64,000 nucleotides of DNA from an uncultured Bacilli bacterium (GTDB taxonomy: Bacteria > Bacillota_I > Bacilli_A > RF39 > UBA660), in contig CALVVF010000003.1 in NCBI GenBank assembly GCA_944363785.1, forward strand, positions 7,011 through 71,010, read 5' to 3'. How positions within the stretch are numbered: position 1 is the first letter of the stretch; every line of letters begins with the position of its first letter. Both the position numbers and the translations under genes were made by a program. Positions 9,332-18,314 of this stretch are shown here, piece after piece. The notes below the pieces were generated by a model. It had not been told where the DNA came from and did not search any database. It saw only the letters and a list, made by a program, of their open reading frames with translations.

Positions 9332-9538
9332 TTATTTTTTTATACTTAATTCTTCTTCTAGTATTTGATTTAATTTTTCATAGTAATAGAATAGTAATTT
9401 TTCCATTTTAAGCAAATACTGTTCATCTTTTTTCTTCGAGAGATAGAAGCGTTTCTGATATATTTTCAGCTTTATCTCTTTTATTTTTTCTTCTAATGGG
9501 CAAATAACGTATTTCATATATAATGTGGCATATTTCAT
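9332..9538 (-). CDS. hypothetical small protein (68 aa), divergent from XRE paralog B
   Basis: The ATG at 9538 has the RBS AGGGGGAAAA. The product is Lys/Glu-rich with no recognisable domain. Confidence 0.35.
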   Translation of the reverse strand: MKYATLYMKYVICPLEEKIKEIKLKIYQKRFYLSKKKDEQYLLKMEKLLFYYYEKLNQILEEELSIKK

Positions 9539-9630
9539 AGTTTTCCCCCTATTCAATTTTATTTTATGCTTATTTGGCATATATGTCAATATGCGACATT
9601 GGTATATTATAGAATGAAAATGGTGATATT

Positions 9631-9858
9631 ATGAAGAGATTACGTGATTTGAGAGAAGATCATGATTTACCGCAACGTAGTATTGCCAAAATGATCAACT
9701 GTTCTCAAACTACTTATTCTAGATATGAAAATGGTAATCTAAATGTACCAATCGAAGTTTTAAAAAAATTAGCACTCTTCTATCATGTCAGTATCGATTA
9801 TCTAACTGAATTTACTGATGATAAGAGACCTTATACTAAAGCTACTAATAGAAAGTAG
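9631..9858 (+). CDS. XRE-family HTH transcriptional regulator, paralog B
   Basis: It is about 70% identical to paralog A and has the same upstream motif TTGGYATAYTATAGAAT..GGTGAT. Confidence 0.8.
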   Translation: MKRLRDLREDHDLPQRSIAKMINCSQTTYSRYENGNLNVPIEVLKKLALFYHVSIDYLTEFTDDKRPYTKATNRK

Positions 9859-9940
9859 CTTTTTATATTGTGAGTTTATCATCTTCTCTTTAGTCAGGCA
9901 AGGAAATTACAAAATTTTCTATTGTCAAAAATTGTAATTT

Positions 9941-9967
9941 TTAGCACTCACTATTGACAACTGCTAA
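9941..9967 (+). promoter_or_regulatory. CIRCE-like inverted repeat (TTAGCACTC-N9-AACTGCTAA) overlapping the hsp20 promoter
   Basis: A TTGACA -35 lies inside the spacer, followed 17 nt later by TAATAT. Confidence 0.6.
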
Positions 9968-10007
9968 AATAAGTGGTAATATGGAATCATGAAAGGAAGG
10001 ATGATAT

Positions 10008-10400
10008 ATGAATTTAATCCCAAGAAAGTATTATTTAGATGACATTTTTGATAATTTCTTAAGTGTACCTGAGGAAAGTAACATGAAATGTGATATTTAT
10101 GAGAAAGATGGTATTTATCATATTGAAATGGACATTCCTGGATTTAATAAGAAAGACATTAAAGTAGAATGTGATAAAGGCTACTTAACAATAACTGCTG
10201 AAAAGCAAGAAGAAAATGAGGAACACAAAGACAAGAATTATATTCGTCGTGAAAGAAGATACGGTTCTTATAAACGTGAATTTTATCTTGGAGAGTTAGA
10301 CAGTGAAAAAATCAATGCCGAATTTAAGGATGGTGTTCTTACTGTAACTGTTCCTAAAAAAGAAGAAGTCGATACTAAAACTGTAATCGAAATTAAATAA
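10008..10400 (+). CDS. Hsp20/alpha-crystallin family small heat-shock protein
   Basis: The alpha-crystallin domain is present (GIYHIEMDIPGF..LTITAE..KDGVLTVTVPK). Confidence 0.9.
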   Translation: MNLIPRKYYLDDIFDNFLSVPEESNMKCDIYEKDGIYHIEMDIPGFNKKDIKVECDKGYLTITAEKQEENEEHKDKNYIRRERRYGSYKREFYLGELDSEKINAEFKDGVLTVTVPKKEEVDTKTVIEIK

Positions 10401-10416
10401 TTCACTATAGATATTA

Positions 10417-10441
10417 CCTGCTAAATTAGCAGGTTTTTTTG
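10417..10441 (+). terminator. rho-independent terminator of hsp20
   Basis: CCTGCTAA-ATT-TTAGCAGG is followed by TTTTTTT. Confidence 0.8.
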
Positions 10442-10609
10442 TTTTTAGATATATTATGATCAGTGATATTCTTTGGAAAACAGGGCTATCGATTTTGTTT
10501 ATTTACTTTTACCAAGAAATTTAATGTTTTAGAGAGAGTTTTATTATTCATTTGCTTTATTACCATATTAGTATATTGCTTATGATTACTCTAAAGAAAG
10601 TCTATTTTG

Positions 10610-10638
10610 TTTACATAATTTTTTTAATTTGATATACT
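10610..10638 (+). promoter_or_regulatory. sigma-A-type promoter TTTACA-N17-TATACT for the LytTR regulator gene
   Basis: The hexamers are spaced correctly, and the RBS AGGAAG lies ahead of the ATG at 10661. Confidence 0.5.
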
Positions 10639-10660
10639 GAAGAAGATAGGAAGCGTTTAT

Positions 10661-11416
10661 ATGATTTATTTTATTATTTATGAAGATGTTTGTTTATCTT
10701 CTTCGATTTATCAGTCAGTTATTCATCAATTCTTGGGGAGCAATAAAAGAAAAAATTATTGTATTTTTACCTGTAAAGATTATAGTGAATTTAAGAAACT
10801 ACATATTGATCAACTAGATGGAATTAAAATTTTTATTTTTGATGTTGAAGTTCCTGGAAAAAATGGACTTGATTTAGCTAGAGAGATTCGTCTACGTGGT
10901 GATGTCTTTAGTCAGATTATTTTATTGTCTGACTTTGATCATTATCAACATAGTCAGTTTACCAAACGAACATTTGCATTAGATTTTCTTTCTAAGAAAG
11001 CGGATGATTTTAAATCTTTACTTCTAGAAACACTCAATACCGCTTATTCCTATTCAACTGAACATTATTGTTTTTCTTTTTTGTCCGATGGAGATATATT
11101 ACAAGTACCTTATCGAAATATTTTATATTTTGAAAAAAGATCAAATGATAATGTAACTATTCTTCATACGACAGGTCATCATTCTTATCCTATTTGTAGT
11201 AGTTTAATTACGATTGAGAAGAAACTACAACAAGATCCTAGATTTTTTAGAAGTCATCGTAGTTGTATTGTTAATCTTTTTAATATTGATACAGTAAATT
11301 TCCGTACAAATACAATTTTATTTAAAACTAGTCAAGAGTCTATTCATCAATTAATCGCCCGTGATAGACGACATGCCTTAAAAGAAAAGTTAACTAATAA
11401 TAAAATTCTATCTTAG
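10661..11416 (+). CDS. AgrA/LytR-type response regulator (receiver plus LytTR DNA-binding domain), orphan
   Basis: IFIFDVEVPGKNGLDLAREIR and RFFRSHRSCIVNL are colinear with AgrA. No histidine kinase is adjacent. Confidence 0.8.
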   Translation: MIYFIIYEDVCLSSSIYQSVIHQFLGSNKRKNYCIFTCKDYSEFKKLHIDQLDGIKIFIFDVEVPGKNGLDLAREIRLRGDVFSQIILLSDFDHYQHSQFTKRTFALDFLSKKADDFKSLLLETLNTAYSYSTEHYCFSFLSDGDILQVPYRNILYFEKRSNDNVTILHTTGHHSYPICSSLITIEKKLQQDPRFFRSHRSCIVNLFNIDTVNFRTNTILFKTSQESIHQLIARDRRHALKEKLTNNKILS

Positions 11417-11541
11417 ATTGATTACCGAAAATCGATGAAAAACTACATTTTATCACTTTTTTCTAACTTTGCCTACTTTTTATGATACGATAGTATTACT
11501 TAAGTTTTAGTGAATTCACAAGTAGAATAGAAGGAGGAAAT

Positions 11542-11763
11542 ATGATGATAGGACGTATTAAATGGTTTAATAATGAACGTGGATATGGCTTTATTGAATA
11601 TAATGATTATGAAGATATATTTGTTCATTATTCTAATATTTTACAAGATGGTTATCGAACTTTAGAACAAGGGCAATTAGTTCAATTCAAATTATTAGAA
11701 ACGGCTAAGGGTTTTCAAGCATTAGAGATTGTTACTTTACCAGAAACAAATATACAAAAGTAA
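11542..11763 (+). CDS. cold-shock protein (CspA family)
   Basis: The cold-shock-domain motifs KWFNNERGYGFI and VHYS are present, with the RBS AAGGAGGA. Confidence 0.9.
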   Translation: MMIGRIKWFNNERGYGFIEYNDYEDIFVHYSNILQDGYRTLEQGQLVQFKLLETAKGFQALEIVTLPETNIQK

Positions 11764-11786
11764 ACTTCGCTTCAGAAGTTTTTCTT
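11763..11786 (+). terminator. hairpin terminator after cspA
   Basis: AACTTC-GCTTCA-GAAGTT is followed by TTTTC. Confidence 0.55.
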
Positions 11787-11923
11787 TTTCGCTAATTTAT
11801 CTATCGAAAAGTAATAACTAAAATAAGCCAATTCAGGTTATTGGTGCTAGGTAATAACCTATTTTAGATTGTGATCTAGTAGAAAAAAATTCCTATGCTA
11901 AAATGCAAATAGGTGGTACAAAT

Positions 11924-12160
11924 ATGTCTAGATTACGTGACTTGAGAGAAGACAAAGATTTATTTCAACGGGATATTGCCAAAGTATTAGGCATGAGTCA
12001 AACAGGATATTCTAAATATGAAGTTGGTACCAATGATATTCCAACTGATGTCTTGATTAAATTAGCCTTTTTTTATAATACGAGTGTCGATTATATTTTG
12101 GGAATTACCAACGAAAAAGAACCATATCCAAAAATATCACGTGAAAAAATAGGAATTTAA
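11924..12160 (+). CDS. XRE-family HTH transcriptional regulator, paralog C
   Basis: It has the same architecture as paralogs A and B (LRDLREDKDLFQRDIA..SQTGYSKYE). It has the RBS AGGTGG, an extended -10 TGCTAAAAT upstream, and the start is set at the ATG 11924. Confidence 0.75.
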   Translation: MSRLRDLREDKDLFQRDIAKVLGMSQTGYSKYEVGTNDIPTDVLIKLAFFYNTSVDYILGITNEKEPYPKISREKIGI

Positions 12161-12192
12161 AGAGCTACTAAACAGTTTAGTAGCTCTTTTAT
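12161..12192. terminator. bidirectional terminator between XRE-C and the convergent DUF1848-like gene
   Basis: AGAGCTACTAAAC-AG-TTTAGTAGCTCT is followed by TTTATAC. Confidence 0.65.
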
Positions 12193-13079
12193 ACTTTTTC
12201 CTTTATGATATCCTCAGGAGTTAAACAACCAGTCAGTAAACTGGAAGTTGGATCATGTTGGTTTATGTTTTTTAATACTTGGCTTTCATCATAATTTGCA
12301 TAGCAGTAACGACAAAAATGGTGACAAATATTATAACAGCCAATATCGACCATATCAATACAGTTACAGTTTTCTCTTGTTTTATTGGGCTTATATTTCT
12401 TTTGATTATGAAGTAAATTTTGAATATTTTTTTCAGATGTGCATGGTATTTTTTCAAAACCAAACTTTTCTAAATCTATATTTTCTGCACAAGTAGAAAT
12501 CATAAGATGATATTTCTTGGCAGTTTTACCCATAAAGGAAGCCAATTCTTCTATTTTTTCTTTGGTTAGCGCTTCCATGTTTAATATTTTTCTATTTTTT
12601 AGGGTATTTCTTTTTAGATCAATAAAACTGATAATTATACGATTTGTATAGTCACTTAATTCGTTACATAGACGTTCAAACATTTTTTTGTGATATTCAA
12701 TATTATATTTTTGACTGATAAAGATTGGATCATAACGAATAATTACTCTGTCTTTACCAATTATCTGGGAGATCTTCTTAACAATTTCGATTGTTTTTCT
12801 TTTCTCTGGAACGTATGGTTCTATGTCTTTCAAATATGGAGTTATAGTGACATGAAGAATATAAGGGTATGGAATATCATTCATTCGTTTATATAATGGT
12901 TCTGGATTTTTGGTGCAGAATACGATCGCTTCTATGTGATCTTTATCCAGAATAATTCCACTTACTTGTTTGGGATAAAAAGGATTTCTAACATCGATAT
13001 ACCCTGCTTTTAAACGATCACAAAACCAATCCATGTAAAAAGCAACTATATCACATCTTTCACTTACACTTAATATCAT
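12189..13079 (-). CDS. DUF1848-like protein with C-terminal Cys-rich cluster
   Basis: The protein is 296 aa with a C-terminal CNCIDMVDIGCYNICHHFCRYCYAN. The family call is from memory only. The RBS GAGGTAG is present. Confidence 0.4.
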   Translation of the reverse strand: MILSVSERCDIVAFYMDWFCDRLKAGYIDVRNPFYPKQVSGIILDKDHIEAIVFCTKNPEPLYKRMNDIPYPYILHVTITPYLKDIEPYVPEKRKTIEIVKKISQIIGKDRVIIRYDPIFISQKYNIEYHKKMFERLCNELSDYTNRIIISFIDLKRNTLKNRKILNMEALTKEKIEELASFMGKTAKKYHLMISTCAENIDLEKFGFEKIPCTSEKNIQNLLHNQKKYKPNKTRENCNCIDMVDIGCYNICHHFCRYCYANYDESQVLKNINQHDPTSSLLTGCLTPEDIIKEKV

Positions 13080-13101
13080 GTCTACCTCATTTCTGAAATT
13101 G

Positions 13102-13131
13102 AAAAAGTCAAGAATATTATCTTGACTTTTA
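13102..13131. terminator. rho-independent terminator after rpsI (palindromic, works on both strands)
   Basis: AAAAAGTCAAGA-ATATTA-TCTTGACTTTTT. Confidence 0.75.
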
Positions 13132-13141
13132 TAATCATCTT

Positions 13142-13561
13142 CTAACGTTTTGAGAATTGTGGAGCACGACGAGCTTTCTTTAAACCTGGTTTCTTACGTT
13201 CTTTCTTACGAGCATCTCTAGTAATGAATCCAGCTGGTTTTAGAATTTTACGGAAACTATTTTCTGAATCCTTAGCTGTTGTTTCATCATATTGTAATAA
13301 TGCTCTTGTAATTCCTAAACGGATAGCTCCAGTTTGTCCTGAGAATCCGCCACCTGATACAGAAACTTCAACATCAAATATATCTTTTGTATTCGTTGCA
13401 ACTAGTGGTTGTTGTAAATCCATGATTAACGTTTCATAAGGTAAATAATCATGTACATCTCTTCCATTAACGGTAATTTTTCCATTTCCTGATACTAATC
13501 TTACTCTAGCTACACTAGTTTTTCTTCTTCCAGTACCAGTATAAATTTTATTCTTTGCCAT
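13142..13561 (-). CDS. rpsI: 30S ribosomal protein S9
   Basis: It has the C-terminal RRAPQFSKR, and it is in rplM-rpsI operon context. Confidence 0.95.
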   Translation of the reverse strand: MAKNKIYTGTGRRKTSVARVRLVSGNGKITVNGRDVHDYLPYETLIMDLQQPLVATNTKDIFDVEVSVSGGGFSGQTGAIRLGITRALLQYDETTAKDSENSFRKILKPAGFITRDARKKERKKPGLKKARRAPQFSKR

Positions 13562-13576
13562 AACTTATCCTCCTTA

Positions 13577-14005
13577 TTAAAGTTCAATCACAGTAGGCTT
13601 TTGGGCCATATGTGGATGATTTTCTCCCTCATATACAAATAATTTTTTATACATTTGACGTCCTAATCTGTTATGTGGAAGCATTCCCTTTACAGCTCTT
13701 TCCATCATTTCAACAGGATATTTTTCTTTCATTTCTTTAGCTGTTCTTTCTCTTAATCCACCTGGATACATAGAGTGATTGTAATACATTTTCTTGTCTA
13801 ACTTATTTCCTGTTAATTTGGTCTCTTTTGCGTTAATAATGATGATATAGTCACCACAGTCAATATGTGGTGTGTAAGTAGGTTTATGTTTACCTCTTAA
13901 CATATGTGCAGCTTTAGCTGCTACTCTTCCTAGTGGTTGATCTTTGGCATCAATAACATACCATTTTCTAGCCACCGTTTCTTTTGTTTGCATGAAACTT
14001 GTCAT
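13577..14005 (-). CDS. rplM: 50S ribosomal protein L13
   Basis: [14 protein letters not shown] is present. The start is set at the ATG 14005 with the RBS AAGGAGAA; the track ORF carries a spurious 39-aa extension. Confidence 0.9.
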   Translation of the reverse strand: MTSFMQTKETVARKWYVIDAKDQPLGRVAAKAAHMLRGKHKPTYTPHIDCGDYIIIINAKETKLTGNKLDKKMYYNHSMYPGGLRERTAKEMKEKYPVEMMERAVKGMLPHNRLGRQMYKKLFVYEGENHPHMAQKPTVIEL

Positions 14006-14093
14006 ATATATTCTCCTTTTACTTTTCCCTTCCCACTTATATTTTCCCAGGATATAAGCAAGAAATTGGAATATATAAAATGTACCAGTTAAA

Positions 14094-14122
14094 ATTATAT
14101 TATAAAAGGGTGTCAAAGTCAA
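14094..14122 (-). promoter_or_regulatory. sigma-A promoter TTGACT-N17-TATAAT for rplM-rpsI, followed by about 110-nt leader with hairpin CTTATAT..ATATAAG
   Basis: The hexamers were read on the minus strand, and the leader hairpin lies directly upstream of the RBS. Confidence 0.55.
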
Positions 14123-14326
14123 TAAAATGTTTACTTTTCTCTTTGTTTTATCTGACTTTTTACACTTTTTTTACTTTTTCACTAGTAATAATAAGCTATC
14201 TATCCAGTCGGCATTTATCAGACGTTCATTAATTAGTAATTTTGGATAATCTCATTTCATTAAACAATTCCAGTTGTCCACTTCAAGTGATCTGTTCTGT
14301 TCTCCTATTTTCTTGTATTTTCCCTC

Positions 14327-15058
14327 TTAATACCATACTTTCTTTAAATATAACCCTGCTGCAGGAGCAGTTTTAACCGCTCTTTGACGACTTTTCGCTT
14401 GTAATAAGACATTTACATCCTCTACTTCTTTTTTACCACTACCAATCGCTAATAATAGCCCTACCATGTTTCTTACTTGATATTTCATAAAGCCATCGGC
14501 TTGAAAATGAATTTCGATGATCTTTCCTTTTTGATTAAGCGACGTTTTATAAATCGTCCTCGTCTTATTTTCACGAGTATCTTCACTTGAGACAAAAGAG
14601 GTAAAGTCATGAGTCCCTTCAAATAGTTTTAGTGCTTTCTTCATTTCTTCTACTTTTAATTCTCGATTGTATTGATAGACGTAATTTCTTTCTAATGGAT
14701 TATATTCTCCTATATTAATTCTATAGACATATTCTTTCTTCTTCGCTAAAAAACGTGCATGGAAATCACTACTTACTTTCTTTACACTGATGATATGGAT
14801 ATCTGATGGTAAATTAGAGTTTAATCCTCTTTTTATCTTATCTACTGGTATTTCGATATCTAAATCAAAATGAGCTACTTGCGCTAAAGCATGTACTCCT
14901 TTATCTGTACGTCCAGATGATGTGATTCCTGTTCTTTGTTTTCTATTTAAATAACTAACGGCATCTTCTATACATTCTTGAACGGTTCTAAGTCCCGGTT
15001 GAATCTGATAACCATTAAAATTAGTTCCATCATAGGAAAAAATAATTTTATATCTCAT
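14327..15058 (-). CDS. truA: tRNA pseudouridine(38-40) synthase TruA
   Basis: The motifs SYDGTNFNGYQ and RTDKGVHA are present. Confidence 0.9.
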   Translation of the reverse strand: MRYKIIFSYDGTNFNGYQIQPGLRTVQECIEDAVSYLNRKQRTGITSSGRTDKGVHALAQVAHFDLDIEIPVDKIKRGLNSNLPSDIHIISVKKVSSDFHARFLAKKKEYVYRINIGEYNPLERNYVYQYNRELKVEEMKKALKLFEGTHDFTSFVSSEDTRENKTRTIYKTSLNQKGKIIEIHFQADGFMKYQVRNMVGLLLAIGSGKKEVEDVNVLLQAKSRQRAVKTAPAAGLYLKKVWY

Positions 15059-15059
15059 T

Positions 15060-15719
15060 TTATCCTCCGTAAATTATCATAAATACAAGTACCGCAATAT
15101 GAAATAAAAGATAGTTCGTATCCCACTTTTCCCAAGTTGGTTTTTCAATATAAGTTCGTTTACTTGTATAATTATAGAATCTAAGTTGGTTAATTTCCAT
15201 TAGATCACGAATTTCATGTTTAGTCTTTGCATAAGCTTTCTTCAATGAAAAACGAATATAAAAGAAATCTTTTTCAATTGCATAATCTTCTCGTAAATTA
15301 TCAAGAAGTCGCATATTCTTTTTTAAATAACGGAAGAAATAGATGATATAAAGAATATGGTAAGTAATTTTTTTACTTTGAAATTTATATAAGGTTACTT
15401 CTAATATATACCGTAGTTCTGAAGAATCCGTTACTTTCTTAATTAACATGATATATTCCATAAAGATAATGAATTTAGTTATCCCCATAAACTGTGGATA
15501 AAAAGTAGTTAAAATAGAAAGAAGTACTCCAAATATCCCCACTTTGGAAATAAATTTAAATTCTAAAGATAAGAAGCATAAAACAACACTAATCAATACA
15601 ATTAAAGCTGAAGAATGTAGAAATAGTAAAGAGACAATAACTAAAAGTGATGAGATTAGTTTACTAATAATATTTACTTCATAAAGAAGAGAATCTTTCT
15701 TAAACATGTTTATACACAT
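15060..15719 (-). CDS. ecfT: putative ECF-transporter transmembrane component EcfT (divergent, short)
   Basis: It is a polytopic membrane protein in the conserved ecfA1-ecfA2-ecfT-truA position. It lacks the usual Ala-Arg-Gly coupling motifs. Confidence 0.45.
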   Translation of the reverse strand: MCINMFKKDSLLYEVNIISKLISSLLVIVSLLFLHSSALIVLISVVLCFLSLEFKFISKVGIFGVLLSILTTFYPQFMGITKFIIFMEYIMLIKKVTDSSELRYILEVTLYKFQSKKITYHILYIIYFFRYLKKNMRLLDNLREDYAIEKDFFYIRFSLKKAYAKTKHEIRDLMEINQLRFYNYTSKRTYIEKPTWEKWDTNYLLFHIAVLVFMIIYGG

Positions 15720-16509
15720 CCTTTATTAAGTCCCTAATATCTTTATGAAAAGATAGTTTTACATTTTTTTCTCGAGCTTTAGCTGTAAAAGCAATTAGAT
15801 CAGGAATTTCTATATCGTTATATTCTAGAAAGTCAACATCTTGATATATTTTTACTGTCTCATCAGCTGCTATTACTCTTGTCTTTTTTATGATTACTAA
15901 ATCATCTGTTAATTCATATAAAATATTACTATCATTACTAACTATTAAAATTGTCTTTTGATAACGTTCTTTTAATAATTTAATTAATTTGATTAGTTTC
16001 TTTTTATTTGTATAGTCTAATTCAACAAATGGTTCATCAAAGATGACGATATTAGGATTGTATAATAGACTTATCGCTACTTGAATTAGTTTTTGTTCTC
16101 CTGTTGATAATTTAAAAATTTCTTTTTCTAGATAGCTTTCGTTTAATCCTACAATTTGAAGAGAATCTTTCATTTTTTTTATGATATTTTTACTCTTATA
16201 GTTTAGACGCCCCACTAAAAATTCCATTTCTTCTTTTACTGTAGCTGTAAAAAATTGTTCCTCTGGATTTTGTCTAATTAAACATACAGTTCTTCTTAAC
16301 TCAATTAAATTATCATCATTAATTTCTTTACTTCCGATTCTGATTTCTCCATAACTAGGGAAAGCTACAGAATTAATTAATTCGATTAATAAAGTTTTAT
16401 TATCTCCAGTTATTCCTGTAATTCTATTATTTCTGATCTTTAGATTGACTTTTTCTAGAATTTTTCTATTTTTATAACGGTATCCTACATTTTTGAAAAT
16501 TATTTCCAT
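15700..16509 (-). CDS. ecfA2: ECF-type ABC ATPase EcfA2 with degenerate catalytic motifs
   Basis: The ABC fold is present, but Walker A is GITGDNKT rather than GxxGxGKT, the signature is LSTGEQ, Walker B is IVIFDEPF, and no H-loop His is visible. Confidence 0.7.
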   Translation of the reverse strand: MEIIFKNVGYRYKNRKILEKVNLKIRNNRITGITGDNKTLLIELINSVAFPSYGEIRIGSKEINDDNLIELRRTVCLIRQNPEEQFFTATVKEEMEFLVGRLNYKSKNIIKKMKDSLQIVGLNESYLEKEIFKLSTGEQKLIQVAISLLYNPNIVIFDEPFVELDYTNKKKLIKLIKLLKERYQKTILIVSNDSNILYELTDDLVIIKKTRVIAADETVKIYQDVDFLEYNDIEIPDLIAFTAKAREKNVKLSFHKDIRDLIKDVYKHV

Positions 16510-17318
16510 AATGTATTCACCATCCTATCCATATCTGTAATCTCATCATCTAATAATTCATAGAATTCTAATTTTAGAGATAAATCAATCATAAACGGAA
16601 GTTCTAAGCCAATACGATTTAATATTTTTTCTTCTCGTAAAATACTTTTTGGTTTTCCTTCCATGATAATTTCGCCATTATTTAATACATAAGTATAATC
16701 ACTCGATATGATTTCATTTAAATTTGTGGTAGTTAGAATCACAGTTAACTTTTCTTTTTCAATTTTTTCCTTTAAAATCTTCTGGATTTTTTCTTTCGTT
16801 TTTTTATTCATCATAGAAAATGCATTATCTAATAATAAAACTTTAGGTTCATGTAGGAGGGCAATCGCAATCAATAGTTCTTGTTTTTCAGAATTAGTTA
16901 AATCTTCAATTTTTCGATCTAACAATTTTGTGATCCCGAATTCTTTAGCTATTTGAAGAATTTTTTCTTCGATTTGGGGAATAGGGGTATTTAAATTTTC
17001 TAAAGGGAAGGCCATTTCTTTGTAAACATTATCAAATAAGAATTTATTATCTACACCAGAAAATACCACCCCAAAAAATCTAGAATTATCGTGAATTCTA
17101 GCATGGTTTACATAAGCATATCCAGCAACTATTGATTCTTTACTGTTTAGAATACCACATATTAGTTTGATCAATGTTGTTTTACCACTTTTGTTATTAC
17201 CTATGATGGTGATGAATTGTCCTTCTTCTATTTGTAGCGATAATCCACGGAATAACGGTTTTTCTGGATAGCTGAATGTAAGATTGTTAATTTCTAATAT
17301 CTTAGACATTAGCCCCAC
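16500..17318 (-). CDS. ecfA1: ECF-type ABC ATPase EcfA1 with degenerate catalytic motifs
   Basis: It is colinear with B. subtilis EcfA (IIGNNKSGKTTL; C-terminal RIGLELPF). The Q-loop Q is S, LSGGQ is LTNSEKQ, Walker B is LLLDNAF (DE changed to DN), and the H-loop H is N. Confidence 0.75.
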   Translation of the reverse strand: MGLMSKILEINNLTFSYPEKPLFRGLSLQIEEGQFITIIGNNKSGKTTLIKLICGILNSKESIVAGYAYVNHARIHDNSRFFGVVFSGVDNKFLFDNVYKEMAFPLENLNTPIPQIEEKILQIAKEFGITKLLDRKIEDLTNSEKQELLIAIALLHEPKVLLLDNAFSMMNKKTKEKIQKILKEKIEKEKLTVILTTTNLNEIISSDYTYVLNNGEIIMEGKPKSILREEKILNRIGLELPFMIDLSLKLEFYELLDDEITDMDRMVNTLWK

Positions 17319-17489
17319 CTCAATCGCCTTACTATTATACTAAATATGCATTAAAAATTCAAGAAAAATTACTATTCCTGTTTTCTTTCTATTTTTAGTT
17401 TAAATAATCCCTTTTTTATTGATATAACTTTCTAGTATATAAAAATACTTACCATATAACCATAAGTTTTGGTAAGTATTTAGTATAAA

Positions 17490-18248
17490 CTATTTATTTT
17501 TCTTTTTCTTTTGAATACGATAAGCAAAAGCCATTAATTGTTTATCCGATAAGAATCTTCCAAAAAATTTTACACATTTCATTTTGAAACCTGGAATAAT
17601 CAACATTTTGTTCTTTAGCATACTATCGATTGCATATTTAGCAACGAATTCTGCCGGTTGCGGTTTAACGGAAAAAGATACACCCGCAACTTGATTAAAA
17701 TTGGTATCACCGACTGGTCCTGGACATAGACAAGAAATGTGGACATTGGATTTTTCTTGTTTTAATTCATAGTAAATTGCTTCAGTCAAATGTAATACAT
17801 AAGCCTTTGTACTATAATAAGTGGCCATTAATGGACCTGGTTGAAAAGCTGCTGATGAGGCAACATTAAGAATATACCCTTTGTTCTTTTTTTTCATATC
17901 CTTCAAAAACATTTTAGTTAACATATGTACTGTTTTTATATTTAGATCAATCATCTCTAATTCTGTAGTTAGTTCTGTCTCAGTAAAAGTACCAAAAGCA
18001 CCAAAACCAGCATTATTAATTAAAATATCGATATTTTCATTCTTTGTTAGGACATAAAGGGATTTAATGTTTGACTCTAACATCAAGTCCATTACAATAA
18101 TTTTTGGTTTTTTGTTCAATGTAGCCGCTAGTTGTTCTAATTTTTCTTTATCTCTGGCAACAATAATCAACTCATACCCTAAGTGATCTAAATACTTTGC
18201 CATTTCTCTGCCAATTCCCGAAGATGCTCCTGTAACTAATGCCTTCAT
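17490..18248 (-). CDS. SDR-family oxidoreductase
   Basis: The TGASSGIG Rossmann motif is present and the protein is 252 aa. Confidence 0.85.
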   Translation of the reverse strand: MKALVTGASSGIGREMAKYLDHLGYELIIVARDKEKLEQLAATLNKKPKIIVMDLMLESNIKSLYVLTKNENIDILINNAGFGAFGTFTETELTTELEMIDLNIKTVHMLTKMFLKDMKKKNKGYILNVASSAAFQPGPLMATYYSTKAYVLHLTEAIYYELKQEKSNVHISCLCPGPVGDTNFNQVAGVSFSVKPQPAEFVAKYAIDSMLKNKMLIIPGFKMKCVKFFGRFLSDKQLMAFAYRIQKKKKNK

Positions 18249-18314
18249 ATTATACCACCTATTTTTATTATATCACTGATTTATGTATTTTTGAAACAGT
18301 TTTTATATAGAAAA

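Noticed and set aside
10401-10660. A small ORF (MISDILWKTGLSILFIYFYQEI) upstream of the LytTR regulator as an AgrD-like autoinducing peptide
   Set aside because: It has no RBS, no Cys or Ser thiolactone-type core, and no agrB.
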